From: an uncultured Candidatus Saccharibacteria bacterium
GTDB taxonomy: Bacteria; Patescibacteriota; Dojkabacteria; SC72
Direction: 5' to 3'
Assembly (NCBI GenBank): GCA_964514595.1
Contig: CAZEQZ010000001.1
Location: 107,914 to 171,913 of the forward strand
Length of the DNA: 64,000 bases
Under the pieces are notes generated by a model. That model saw nothing but the letters and a program-made list of their open reading frames with translations. It ran no database searches and was not told the origin of the DNA. Made by a program: the position numbers and the translations under genes. Of this stretch, positions 54,098-63,332 are shown in pieces; the stretch's first letter is position 1, and each line of letters opens with the position of its first letter.

Positions 54098-55204
54098 ATG
54101 TCAATTAAACAATCACACTCTTTTTCGTTAGGTATAGTTGGATTACCTAATGTTGGAAAATCTACAATATTTAACGCTCTAACAGAGATGTCAGTTCCTG
54201 CAGAGAATTTCCCGTTTTGTACCATAGACAAAAATGTTGGGGTGGTGGAGATACCTGATGAGAGACTAAAGAGGATGGCTTCTCATTTTAATGCACAAAA
54301 GATAGTGCCATCTGCTATGACATTTGTTGATATAGCTGGATTAGTAAAAGGGGCTTCAAAGGGGGAGGGTTTAGGGAATCAGTTTCTTTCACATATTAGA
54401 GAGGTGGATGTAATAATGTATGTTTTAAGAGCTTTTGATAGTGAGAAAATATCCCATGTATATGATCGTATTAATCCAGTAGAAGATTTTGAGATAGTAC
54501 AATCTGAGTTAATATTAAAAGATATTGAGAGTGTGGAGAAAAGAATGGTGGGCGTGGAGAAGATGAGTAGGATAGGGGGAAAGGATGCTATGAAAGAATT
54601 GATTGTGTTAAAAAAGATTTTAGAGAGTCTAAATAATGATATTGCAGTTGTAGATATGAATCTCTCCAGTGAAGAGAAAGAGATTATTCATGATCTTTGG
54701 CTTTTAACAAGTAAAAAGAGGATGTTTGTATTAAATAGTAAAGCGGGGTTGGGTGCAGAGAGGATTAGTACGTGGAAGGAAGAGATAGAGAAGAGAACGG
54801 GGGATATGGTGTTGGTGGTAGATGTAAAATTACTGGGTGACATGAAGGATATGGGTGATAGTGAAGTGGAGGAGTATGTCGCTCTATTAGGAGAAGAGCC
54901 AGCTACTATTTCCGATGTGATTCATTCTGCTTTCAGATGTTTGAATTTAATAACTTTCTATACAGGTTCTGAGAAGGAGTGTAATGCATGGAGTATTGTA
55001 GATGGTAGTACAGTTAAGGAGGCGGCGGGGGTAATTCATACAGATCTAGAGAAAGGATTTGTAACAGCAGATGTTGTTAACTTGGATAGTATGTTAGATG
55101 TGGGAGGATGGGTTAATGCAAAGGAGAAGGGATTAATAAAAAATCATGGGAAGGAGTATGTCGTAAAAGATGGTGATTATATTGTTATTCTAGCAAATAG
55201 ATAG
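54098..55204 (+). CDS. ychF: Ribosome-binding ATPase YchF (Obg family).
   Basis: GIVGLPNVGKSTIFNALT, with DIAGLVKGAS and TGS domains. Confidence 0.85.
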   Translation: MSIKQSHSFSLGIVGLPNVGKSTIFNALTEMSVPAENFPFCTIDKNVGVVEIPDERLKRMASHFNAQKIVPSAMTFVDIAGLVKGASKGEGLGNQFLSHIREVDVIMYVLRAFDSEKISHVYDRINPVEDFEIVQSELILKDIESVEKRMVGVEKMSRIGGKDAMKELIVLKKILESLNNDIAVVDMNLSSEEKEIIHDLWLLTSKKRMFVLNSKAGLGAERISTWKEEIEKRTGDMVLVVDVKLLGDMKDMGDSEVEEYVALLGEEPATISDVIHSAFRCLNLITFYTGSEKECNAWSIVDGSTVKEAAGVIHTDLEKGFVTADVVNLDSMLDVGGWVNAKEKGLIKNHGKEYVVKDGDYIVILANR

Positions 55205-55243
55205 GGTTGCAATGGGTGTTGAAAGAGTTTAATATATTCATTA

Positions 55244-56848
55244 ATGAATATAGCTGCCCGAAGAAAAATACTGACAATTCTAATTGTTCTCTTTTTGTTA
55301 TGTGTAGGGGGGTTGGTATATTGGTATTACTTTCGAAATAGGTGCGTTAGTTTACCTAAGGAGTATGAATTTCTTAACAGATTTATTGTTAAGGATGAGT
55401 GTGGAATAAAGGAATTTAAGGTAAAAGGGATTGTATATAATATTAGGGATGAGGATGGGAAGGTTAAGTTTGATTTCAATGCATGGAATACTGAAACTAG
55501 AGAAAGTTTATACTATGAAGGTATAGGGTTTGAGAGGGACGATTATGAAGGAGATTTTGAAATGAGTGAAGGGAATTTGGGTGCTGTGGAAATGATTGTA
55601 GAGATGTCGAGTTCTAATGAGGCATTGAGGTCTTCTTTAAAGAGAGTTTGTAGGGTTACACCTCTAAAATTCACGGAAGATTCCTATGATAATCTCATGG
55701 GGATCTTGTACGATGTCATTGTGAATGGTCCAGTGTCAGAATATGCTTCCTTTAAAGGGTTGGAAGAAGGTTTAGAAAAAAACAAAGAGGGATTTTTTGT
55801 TACTGCGGTAGCATATGAAGATGGTACATACTATCCTTATTTGGTAGATGGGGGTGTTGCGGCAAGGTTATATAAGCCTTTAGTTTTATCCTCTTTGATA
55901 GACAGTGGCTATGCCAATAAATATACATGGATATCGAAGAAGAACGTTTATGATGCAGAGTCTATAATGGGGATAGTGAGGTTTGACTTGAAGAATTTTT
56001 TGATGGATTTTGAGAAGGAAATGCTTGCCAAGGTAGCTCCCGAGGAATCACTATGTGTTGCTGGGGAGTGTGGAGGATTCTTAGGGGATTTCTCTGCGGA
56101 TATACCGCAGTTAGGATATCAGAAACTAGGATGTATGTTAATGTATGAGATATTTAATAATTTAAATTATGCATGGCAAGAGGGCGATTACAAAGAGTAT
56201 TGTGATATAGATGAACTTCGTGAGATATCACAGGAAGTAGAGATGGATATAATGGATGATGATTTGTATATAGACTTCTTTAAGGATTTGAGGTTAGAGG
56301 AATTGGTTGGAAAGGGGAGGAAGAACGAGCAGCTTTTCTTTCGTTCAGAAATTTCAAAAGACTTGTCTTTTCTATTAGATTATTTTTATGCTCTTCGATT
56401 GTATGGATTAGATATAGAGAAGGAAGATTTGGATCAAGATCTTGGGAATGTTGTGAATCATTTAATATTGTATGATAAGGTTTCCTTAGGTGATACCTGT
56501 TTGCTTTTGTCATACTTGAACGTATTAAAGCAGGAAGGGTTGGGTAGTCAAGAATGGATATCTACTAGGGAAGATATTATAAATCTACTATATTCTTCTA
56601 GCGGAGATCTTTTGAAATTGATAGATGAAAACCCATATTATGGTGTCTTATGTCTAGATTCGTTAATGAAGGAAGAAGGGTTTGAAGATATGGCATCCTC
56701 ACTAGTTATAAGGATTATGAATATGAACTTCTGGGATGAAGGTATCGAAAGTAATCGTACAGGTTTATGGATGGATGGGGAATATGACATACGGTTTAAT
56801 AGTAAGTATTTTAAATTATTACTAGAAAATAGGGATAAGTTATTATGA
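55244..56848 (+). CDS. Hypothetical membrane-anchored protein (534 aa).
   Basis: N-terminal TM ILTILIVLFLLCVGGLVYWYYF. The stop overlaps the start of the giant gene (ATGA). Confidence 0.35.
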   Translation: MNIAARRKILTILIVLFLLCVGGLVYWYYFRNRCVSLPKEYEFLNRFIVKDECGIKEFKVKGIVYNIRDEDGKVKFDFNAWNTETRESLYYEGIGFERDDYEGDFEMSEGNLGAVEMIVEMSSSNEALRSSLKRVCRVTPLKFTEDSYDNLMGILYDVIVNGPVSEYASFKGLEEGLEKNKEGFFVTAVAYEDGTYYPYLVDGGVAARLYKPLVLSSLIDSGYANKYTWISKKNVYDAESIMGIVRFDLKNFLMDFEKEMLAKVAPEESLCVAGECGGFLGDFSADIPQLGYQKLGCMLMYEIFNNLNYAWQEGDYKEYCDIDELREISQEVEMDIMDDDLYIDFFKDLRLEELVGKGRKNEQLFFRSEISKDLSFLLDYFYALRLYGLDIEKEDLDQDLGNVVNHLILYDKVSLGDTCLLLSYLNVLKQEGLGSQEWISTREDIINLLYSSSGDLLKLIDENPYYGVLCLDSLMKEEGFEDMASSLVIRIMNMNFWDEGIESNRTGLWMDGEYDIRFNSKYFKLLLENRDKLL

Positions 56849-59800
56849 AAATGGCAGAGAAGATTTACAAATTATTCTCGGTTGTGATTTTTATCTTTCT
56901 TTTTGGTCTAATCAGTTTAAAAGATACACGCGCTTTTGCTCCAGGAACCTACTGTAATATGTTTTGTTATGGTAGATATTGTGAATCCTGGGGATTTCCA
57001 GGTGGTGCACGTTTTTTTTGTGAAGATCTCGAGGATAGTTGTACTCCAAAATGTAATAAAACATGTACCCCCACGTGTGCACGATATCCAGGCACATCTT
57101 TTGATTATTCAGGCCCTTTGTGTAATGCTGGGCGTTCAAGATGTTCGTATAGTAATGGATGTGGTGGTAAGTGTTACAAATATGGAGACAATTGTTACTA
57201 TCCTGAAACCAATCTCCAAACTAATGTTCCATCTAACTGGGCACCTACACATACCTCTATGATAGTAGGTAACAGGGCATACCAATTATCTACCGATCCC
57301 GCCACTCCCACAACAATAAATGTATCTAGTATATTAACAGCAATATCGCAGATACAAGATTCAAATAAGACCTTAAAGACAGATAATACTGTAGAAGCAA
57401 GGAGTAATGTAATGGGTACAATGGGGAGAATACCTTTAGGCTCCTCTACTGGGGATAAGGATCATATAAGAGGGTCGAGTGTGTTGGTGGATGAAGGAGT
57501 GTATAAAATGTGGTATTCAGGAAGCAATGGTAACTATCGTATTTACTACGCCACCTCCAACGATGGCCTTACCTGGAATAAATATAACAACGTAGCGGAA
57601 GCAAGAAGTAACACTACTGGTACTGAAGGAAGGATACCATTAGGAATGGCTACGACAGGAATAGGAGATAGGGCACATGTGTATCACCCGAGTGTAATCA
57701 GGGATGGAGATACATATAAAATGTGGTATACCGGAGAAGATTCAGGAAACGTACCTAGAATATATATGGCTACATCCTCAGACGGCTTAATATGGACAAA
57801 GGAGAATAACAGTATTCCTAGTAGGGATGATTCCACTAATGGAAGGATTGCTCTTGGTGCAAGTGTAAGTGGGGTTGGAGACAAGAATCGTGTATCTGAT
57901 CCTTCGGTTATTAAGGATGGTACCGAATATAAAATGTGGTACGCTGGATATGATGGAAGTAACTGGAGAATATACATGGCAACATCAGTTGACGGTTTAA
58001 CATGGAATAAGGTAGACAATAGTACGCCTATTAATTCAAACGATATCTCTACACAGGGAAGGATCCCTCGAGGAGAGGCGGGGACAGGAGATAGGACACA
58101 TGTAAGGTCCCCTATAGTTATAAAAGATGCGGATGTATATAAGATGTGGTATACAGGATATGATGGCAGCTATTGGAGGATATTCTATGCTACTTCTACA
58201 GATGGGTATACTTGGATTAAACAGAATAATGCGGTCCCTTCTCCAGCAAGATCTAATGATTATACAACGGATGGAAGAATAACTAGAGGATCTAGTGGCG
58301 GGGATGCTACACACGCATCGTTCCCCTCGGCCATAAAATCAGGAGGAAAGATAATAATATACTATTCTGGTTCTAATGGAACTTGGAGAATATATAGGGC
58401 AGAGGTAAATGACGACTATCCAGTAAAAGTATCTATGCCTGTTACTAGCGCATTACCAGGTTCCCGAGACATCCTGTATGAATTTAAAGTTGATAACTAC
58501 GGTTCTAATCAAGTATGGTTCGGTGGGACTGAATGCATGGGAGTTAATGGAGAGGATTTTTGTAATATTGATATAAACAATGCACCCCGATTCGTACCTG
58601 CTGGTCTTGGAATAGGGGAAGTTTTGTCTCTGGGATCTTCCGGAAAAGTAATGGGTTCATACCACTCATTAAACCTATGCGATGATAGTACGATACAATC
58701 AACGACAGTAAACGGATACTATAAAATAAACAGTGGCCCTGAAATAGTACTACCATGCCCCATGGACACATCCATAGCAGAAGATGATCCTAGATGTACT
58801 CCCTGTGTAATAGGGGGAGTATTAATAAATGCCAATATAATACTAGAAGATGAAAGATGTACTCTGGATGAGGAACCAGAGGAGTGTAAATGGAATAAAG
58901 ATTTAATGTCCAATAATCCAGCATGCAAACCCCCTGAGGAGGATAAAAAGAAATTTCTCCCAGAAGTAGGGAGTGATATGACACAAGAGAGATGTAAGAG
59001 TGAAGAGTATACAGGAAAAGAAATAAATAATCCTTTAAGGGTAAGGATATCCGGAGTGGACGCAGATGGAAATGATGAAATCGAAGGAGTTTTAGTGGCA
59101 TTCACTAAAAGCAGTATATCTCTCCCGATAATATCAGAATACGGTGAATATACATATTCGGATATGAATAATTTAGCCATATTGCTTAAAAGGAACGGTT
59201 CTGATCCCAATTGGGATAATGAGCCATTGATATACGGCCTAACTCATAATGGTGTCTGGGGGGAATTAAGTGGAGATTCTAGGAGCCTAAAGAACTCTTT
59301 GGGTAGTGAAATAGTGACAGTGCTTGAAGGTATTACAGTAAATATGAGAGGAAATGATGATGGAGTTGTAACATTTGAAATGCAGCTTAACTTTAAAGAG
59401 GGAAATGATGATAATCCAGGAGGGATATTTGATTTTAGAACCGCAGTTCTAGATAGATATATGTTGGAGGGGATTGTTGACCAAAGTATGGTAAAGAAAT
59501 ATTTTGATTGGGGTATTGATTTAGTAGATCCCGTGGTAGAGAAGCCAGAGCAGGCAGTTTCTGGTCCTCAGCAGTTAAACCTCACTATTAGTGCAAATGA
59601 CACAGATTCGAATATAACAGACCTAATAATTGATACATATAAAAGAGGATACTTGATTAGTGGTACTCTTAAAATCATATCTCCATCCCAATACCTAAGC
59701 TATCCAATACTGGAAGTGGAAGATGAACCTCCTTTAATCGATTTGTTGAGTCATCTAGAAGGAATCTATGATTTAAACAGCTGGCATTTTGGAGGAATAG

Positions 59801-60822
59801 GGGCAACTATCTATGAGCAAACTTTTGGTATGGATATAGGCATGAGTGAAGGGGAAACAATGGTTATTAGGCCAACAGTGTTTGATCAGGGTTGTAACCT
59901 TTCAAATAAAGAACATAGAATATCTCTGGCTCCTTGGATAGCCACTAAAGGTGGAATTGCATACTCCAGTGGCTCTTTTGGTCCAGGAGCAAAAGATGTT
60001 CTGGATGAGCAGGATTTGGGGGGGTTAACAAATATAAAGAATATTTCGTTTAATGAACTAACCACTGGTACGGAATTGGTCTCTTCTAAAGGAGGTTTTA
60101 TAAATGAATTAAGATTTCCTGAGTTAGAGGCTTTAAAGGGTGTAAGGGCTAGGAATGTGTATGACTATAACGATAGAAAAAACTACTGGTTTGAGTATTT
60201 GAAACGTAAATTAAGTGTTCAGAAATCAGATGAGACAGTTGCGATAAGTGAGCATTTGTGGATGGAAGAGGATAGTCTAAAGGGTAGTGTATCTGCAATT
60301 TGTGCAGGCTTAGAGAATTGTTTAATAAATTCGGAGAGTAGTATTGTGATTACTTCTGGATTCATCTGTGACAGAAGAGCATTAATTATGTCCGAAAAAG
60401 ATATAACACTTGGACCCAATATAACTACGAATGGAAATAATGGTAGTGGTTGTATATTTTTAGCTAAAGATCGAATTCTCATAGGAGAAGGAAATTATCA
60501 AAGTACCTCTGTCTCTCCCGGTACCGTTGGGTATGACTATATAGAGGGATACTTGATAGCAGAGGATCAAATAATTATAGAAAAGGCAGACGACGAAAGA
60601 ATAATAAGGGATGGTTTGGAAATATATGGTGGAATGGCAGCATTTGGAAGAAATTCTGTTGATGATAATGCTGTGTCAATCCAAAGAAATCTTCGTCTTC
60701 TTAACTATTCGAATCCAACGCTTGCAGTCACCTGGGATCCAAGATATGCAAAAATATCGGAGATATTTTTCGGATTGGAAGCAGGTATATATAAACAGGA
60801 GGTAGGGTTTAAAGTATATTAA
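56845..60822 (+). CDS. Giant secreted protein (1325 aa): signal peptide, a Cys-rich N-terminal module, six tandem ~70-aa beta-propeller-like repeats, and a large C-terminal region.
   Basis: MKMAEKIYKLFSVVIFIFLFGLISL; about 20 Cys in the first 120 aa. Repeats carry a D-G-x-T-W core (..YKMWYSG..GNYRIYYATSNDGLTWNK, ..YKMWYTGE...RIYMATSSDGLIWTK, ..YKMWYAGYDGSNWRIYMATSVDGLTWNK, ..YKMWYTGYDGSYWRIFYATSTDGYTWIK ...). Matching imperfect DNA repeats occur at about 210-nt spacing. Confidence 0.5.
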   Translation: MKMAEKIYKLFSVVIFIFLFGLISLKDTRAFAPGTYCNMFCYGRYCESWGFPGGARFFCEDLEDSCTPKCNKTCTPTCARYPGTSFDYSGPLCNAGRSRCSYSNGCGGKCYKYGDNCYYPETNLQTNVPSNWAPTHTSMIVGNRAYQLSTDPATPTTINVSSILTAISQIQDSNKTLKTDNTVEARSNVMGTMGRIPLGSSTGDKDHIRGSSVLVDEGVYKMWYSGSNGNYRIYYATSNDGLTWNKYNNVAEARSNTTGTEGRIPLGMATTGIGDRAHVYHPSVIRDGDTYKMWYTGEDSGNVPRIYMATSSDGLIWTKENNSIPSRDDSTNGRIALGASVSGVGDKNRVSDPSVIKDGTEYKMWYAGYDGSNWRIYMATSVDGLTWNKVDNSTPINSNDISTQGRIPRGEAGTGDRTHVRSPIVIKDADVYKMWYTGYDGSYWRIFYATSTDGYTWIKQNNAVPSPARSNDYTTDGRITRGSSGGDATHASFPSAIKSGGKIIIYYSGSNGTWRIYRAEVNDDYPVKVSMPVTSALPGSRDILYEFKVDNYGSNQVWFGGTECMGVNGEDFCNIDINNAPRFVPAGLGIGEVLSLGSSGKVMGSYHSLNLCDDSTIQSTTVNGYYKINSGPEIVLPCPMDTSIAEDDPRCTPCVIGGVLINANIILEDERCTLDEEPEECKWNKDLMSNNPACKPPEEDKKKFLPEVGSDMTQERCKSEEYTGKEINNPLRVRISGVDADGNDEIEGVLVAFTKSSISLPIISEYGEYTYSDMNNLAILLKRNGSDPNWDNEPLIYGLTHNGVWGELSGDSRSLKNSLGSEIVTVLEGITVNMRGNDDGVVTFEMQLNFKEGNDDNPGGIFDFRTAVLDRYMLEGIVDQSMVKKYFDWGIDLVDPVVEKPEQAVSGPQQLNLTISANDTDSNITDLIIDTYKRGYLISGTLKIISPSQYLSYPILEVEDEPPLIDLLSHLEGIYDLNSWHFGGIGATIYEQTFGMDIGMSEGETMVIRPTVFDQGCNLSNKEHRISLAPWIATKGGIAYSSGSFGPGAKDVLDEQDLGGLTNIKNISFNELTTGTELVSSKGGFINELRFPELEALKGVRARNVYDYNDRKNYWFEYLKRKLSVQKSDETVAISEHLWMEEDSLKGSVSAICAGLENCLINSESSIVITSGFICDRRALIMSEKDITLGPNITTNGNNGSGCIFLAKDRILIGEGNYQSTSVSPGTVGYDYIEGYLIAEDQIIIEKADDERIIRDGLEIYGGMAAFGRNSVDDNAVSIQRNLRLLNYSNPTLAVTWDPRYAKISEIFFGLEAGIYKQEVGFKVY

Positions 60823-60826
60823 TAAT

Positions 60827-61849
60827 ATGAAAGATATTGTAAAGAAAATAGAGGGGAAATATGAAGCACAGGCCTTAGCCATAGCTATGGTTGTTTTAGT
60901 AATATCCTCATTAATTGCCATATCGGTATATTCTAGAAGTACAAAGGATAAGGGATTAACCCTAGAGGAGAGGGCATCCGCAGAGGCATTAGAGGTCTCT
61001 GATCTATTATTAGATAAGCTAACGGCATTTCCCATAACAGAGGTTATAACCATATTGGCAGAAGAATCAGAATTGGGAGTTGAGGACTCTTTAGATTTTA
61101 ATAAAGGTATTATTGTAAAAGAGCAATCAGGTTCTAATGGGGAGGGTATAACAAACCTTTTTTCTAGACTAGGTATCTTAGAAGGAACCGCTACTATTTC
61201 TGACATGATAAGTCCTTTGTGTCCTGTATCTGAAGGAAGTAGTAACGAATATCAAATAACGTTATTAACAGCAGATGAGAACACCTATTATGAAATTCGT
61301 CCAGGACAGGTATGGAGTCTTCCCTCTAGAGCCATACTATTGGGCAGGGATGATTGTATGTTAAATATGAAAGTAGCTATAAGGGGAGATTCGAAAGCTG
61401 GGTTTTCTCTGATTAAATCGTATTGTAAGTATGAGGAGGGAACCCTTAATTGGCAGGAATGTCGCGGATATGAAGGGGAAGATATTACAAATTATTGTTT
61501 TGGAAGTGCAGAAGAGTGTAATAATGACAGTGATTTTGATGATCTAGGGAATTGGCAAAAGTATCAATCTGAAACAACGTTAGGACCAATAAGTATGGGG
61601 CCTACTACTGGAGTGCCGGTAGAAGAGTATCAATATCCTACGGAGATACGTATTAAGGCGGTAGGAGGGACCATAGGGATATCGTATAAATTGCCGGAAC
61701 AGTGTGTTCCAGATTTTAGAATGTTCCTGATAAGGGCGACAGCAAACTGCTCTGGAGTATACAGGGGAAAGGAGATTCTAATACCTGAACAGAAATGGCA
61801 TACTACGATATTTGATTATGTATTTTTCAACGGGGAAGGGTCCATGTAA
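60827..61849 (+). CDS. Hypothetical membrane-anchored Cys-containing protein (340 aa).
   Basis: N-terminus MKDIVKKIEGKYEAQALAIAMVVLVISSLIAISVY, with 5 nt spacing after the giant gene. Confidence 0.35.
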   Translation: MKDIVKKIEGKYEAQALAIAMVVLVISSLIAISVYSRSTKDKGLTLEERASAEALEVSDLLLDKLTAFPITEVITILAEESELGVEDSLDFNKGIIVKEQSGSNGEGITNLFSRLGILEGTATISDMISPLCPVSEGSSNEYQITLLTADENTYYEIRPGQVWSLPSRAILLGRDDCMLNMKVAIRGDSKAGFSLIKSYCKYEEGTLNWQECRGYEGEDITNYCFGSAEECNNDSDFDDLGNWQKYQSETTLGPISMGPTTGVPVEEYQYPTEIRIKAVGGTIGISYKLPEQCVPDFRMFLIRATANCSGVYRGKEILIPEQKWHTTIFDYVFFNGEGSM

Positions 61850-61994
61850 AATGTTTCTCTGTGATTGAAAAGTCTCTCAATAATTGATAATATAATTCTC
61901 ACATAAGGTTTGGAATATGCAAGAGGATTGTTGTACAAAGTAACATTTTCTGCTAAAATCCATCTCGTTATATAAATACATACTGTATATATTA

Positions 61995-62351
61995 ATGTTA
62001 GTAAAAAAGACAAATCAGTTAAAGAATTATGAGATGATGGTTGCTCTTAAGCCACTATTACCTGATGACCTAAGAAAGGAGATTCATAAGGAGTTTGTAG
62101 ACCTGATTAAGAAAAAAGGTGGAGATTTGATAGATGTGGATGTATGGGGGAAAAGATACTTAGCATACAAAATAAAGGGTCACAATGAGGGATACTACAT
62201 AGTATATGACTTTAAAGCATTTCCAAAAGATATTGCAGAGGTGAGGAGACAGATGCAACTTAAGCAGGAAATACTCCGTTTTATGATCACAGAGGTGGAA
62301 GATGTTAGTACAATAGGAAAAAGTATAAAAAAGAAAGAATTGGAAATTTAA
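61995..62351 (+). CDS. rpsF: 30S ribosomal protein S6.
   Basis: NYEMMVALKPLL...GKRYLAYKIKGHNEGYYIVYDF. Confidence 0.8.
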   Translation: MLVKKTNQLKNYEMMVALKPLLPDDLRKEIHKEFVDLIKKKGGDLIDVDVWGKRYLAYKIKGHNEGYYIVYDFKAFPKDIAEVRRQMQLKQEILRFMITEVEDVSTIGKSIKKKELEI

Positions 62352-62411
62352 TCGAAATTTAATAATTGAGGTGTATAGTTAAGGGTAAGTTAAATTATAA
62401 ATATAAATAAT

Positions 62412-62888
62412 ATGGCGTCTAGATCTTTAAATAAAGTTATCCTAATAGGAAACTTAACAAGAGACCCAGAGATGAGATATACAAACTCTGGAACTCCAGT
62501 AGTCACGTTTGGGATGGCTACAAACAAGTCATGGAAAGATGCAGAGGGGGAGACAAAAGAGTTAGCAGAATTTCATAACCTTGTTGCATGGAATAAAATG
62601 GCAGAGATATGTCAACAGCTTCTTTCAAAAGGGATGAAAGTATATATAGAGGGTTCACTTAATACAAGATCATGGGAAGGTGAAGATGGAGTTACACGAT
62701 ATAAGACAGAAATTAGAGTAGATGATATGATTCTCCTTGATAGTAAAGGTAAGCAGGGAGCTGGAATCACAGAAAATGGAGATTCCGAACCTAAGGAGGA
62801 GGAGAAAGAGGAAGCTAAGGAAGAAGAGGTTTCAGAAGATGAAGAAACTCCTGTTGAGGATCCATTGGAGGAAGATTTACCATTCTAA
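62412..62888 (+). CDS. ssb: Single-stranded DNA-binding protein.
   Basis: OB fold (NKVILIGNLTRDPEMRYT...FHNLVAWNKMAE), an acidic tail, and the terminal DLPF. Confidence 0.85.
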   Translation: MASRSLNKVILIGNLTRDPEMRYTNSGTPVVTFGMATNKSWKDAEGETKELAEFHNLVAWNKMAEICQQLLSKGMKVYIEGSLNTRSWEGEDGVTRYKTEIRVDDMILLDSKGKQGAGITENGDSEPKEEEKEEAKEEEVSEDEETPVEDPLEEDLPF

Positions 62889-62902
62889 TTTAAAAAACTA
62901 GC

Positions 62903-63247
62903 TTGATGGCAGAGGAAGTAAAAAATATAGAAACAACAAATACACCGCCCACATTGGATGATGTTTTTGATGATACAAAAATAACTGAAGAAGAGGTTCA
63001 TGAGCAAAAGAGAGCTCCTAGAAGAAGGAAAAAGATAGTTCAGAATCTTAAATGTCCTCTTTGTGAATCGGGAGTTAAAAACGTCACATACAAAGATGTG
63101 TATCAGTTAAAGAAATTTACTTCTGTGAGAGGTAAATTCATATCTACTGAGAAATCAGGAGTATGTCATAAACATCAGAGACAATTAAAAAGTGCTATTA
63201 AGAGGGCAAGGTATATGGCACTACTTCCATACGCTCTAAATGAGTAG
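62903..63247 (+). CDS. rpsR: 30S ribosomal protein S18 with a ~40-aa N-terminal extension.
   Basis: KCPLCESGVKNVTYKDVYQLKKFTSVRGKFIS...RQLKSAIKRARYMALLPY. Confidence 0.8.
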   Translation: MMAEEVKNIETTNTPPTLDDVFDDTKITEEEVHEQKRAPRRRKKIVQNLKCPLCESGVKNVTYKDVYQLKKFTSVRGKFISTEKSGVCHKHQRQLKSAIKRARYMALLPYALNE

Positions 63248-63269
63248 AGTATTTATTTTGTGAAGGGTA

Positions 63270-63296
63270 GGGGGATCGAAAGATCCCCTTTTTTAT
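63270..63296 (+). terminator. Rho-independent terminator after rpsR.
   Basis: ggggatc-gaaa-gatcccc hairpin followed by ttttttatt. Confidence 0.55.
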
Positions 63297-63332
63297 TGAA
63301 AAGATACTCTCTTTTAAGTAATATATAACATA

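Noticed and set aside
57684-59210. Several minus-strand ORFs (57684..58019, 58036..58314, 58719..59210, 58790..59101).
   Set aside because: They are antisense to the giant repeat-protein gene. Their apparent length is a by-product of the repeat periodicity.
56845-60822. Canonical Asp-box (S-x-D-x-G-x-T-W) sialidase repeats.
   Set aside because: The repeats read S-x-D-G-x-T-W, one residue shorter than the canonical Asp-box. They are described only as beta-propeller-like, and no sialidase call is made.
60827-60960. Possible type IV prepilin-like N-terminus (KIEGKYEAQALAIAMVVLV).
   Set aside because: The Glu is at +3, not +5, after the Gly, and there is no G-F-T/S-L-I-E pattern. It is more likely a plain signal anchor.
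60676-61206. 176-aa minus-strand ORF.
   Set aside because: It overlaps the end of the giant gene and the start of the 340-aa gene on the opposite strand. There is no RBS or context.
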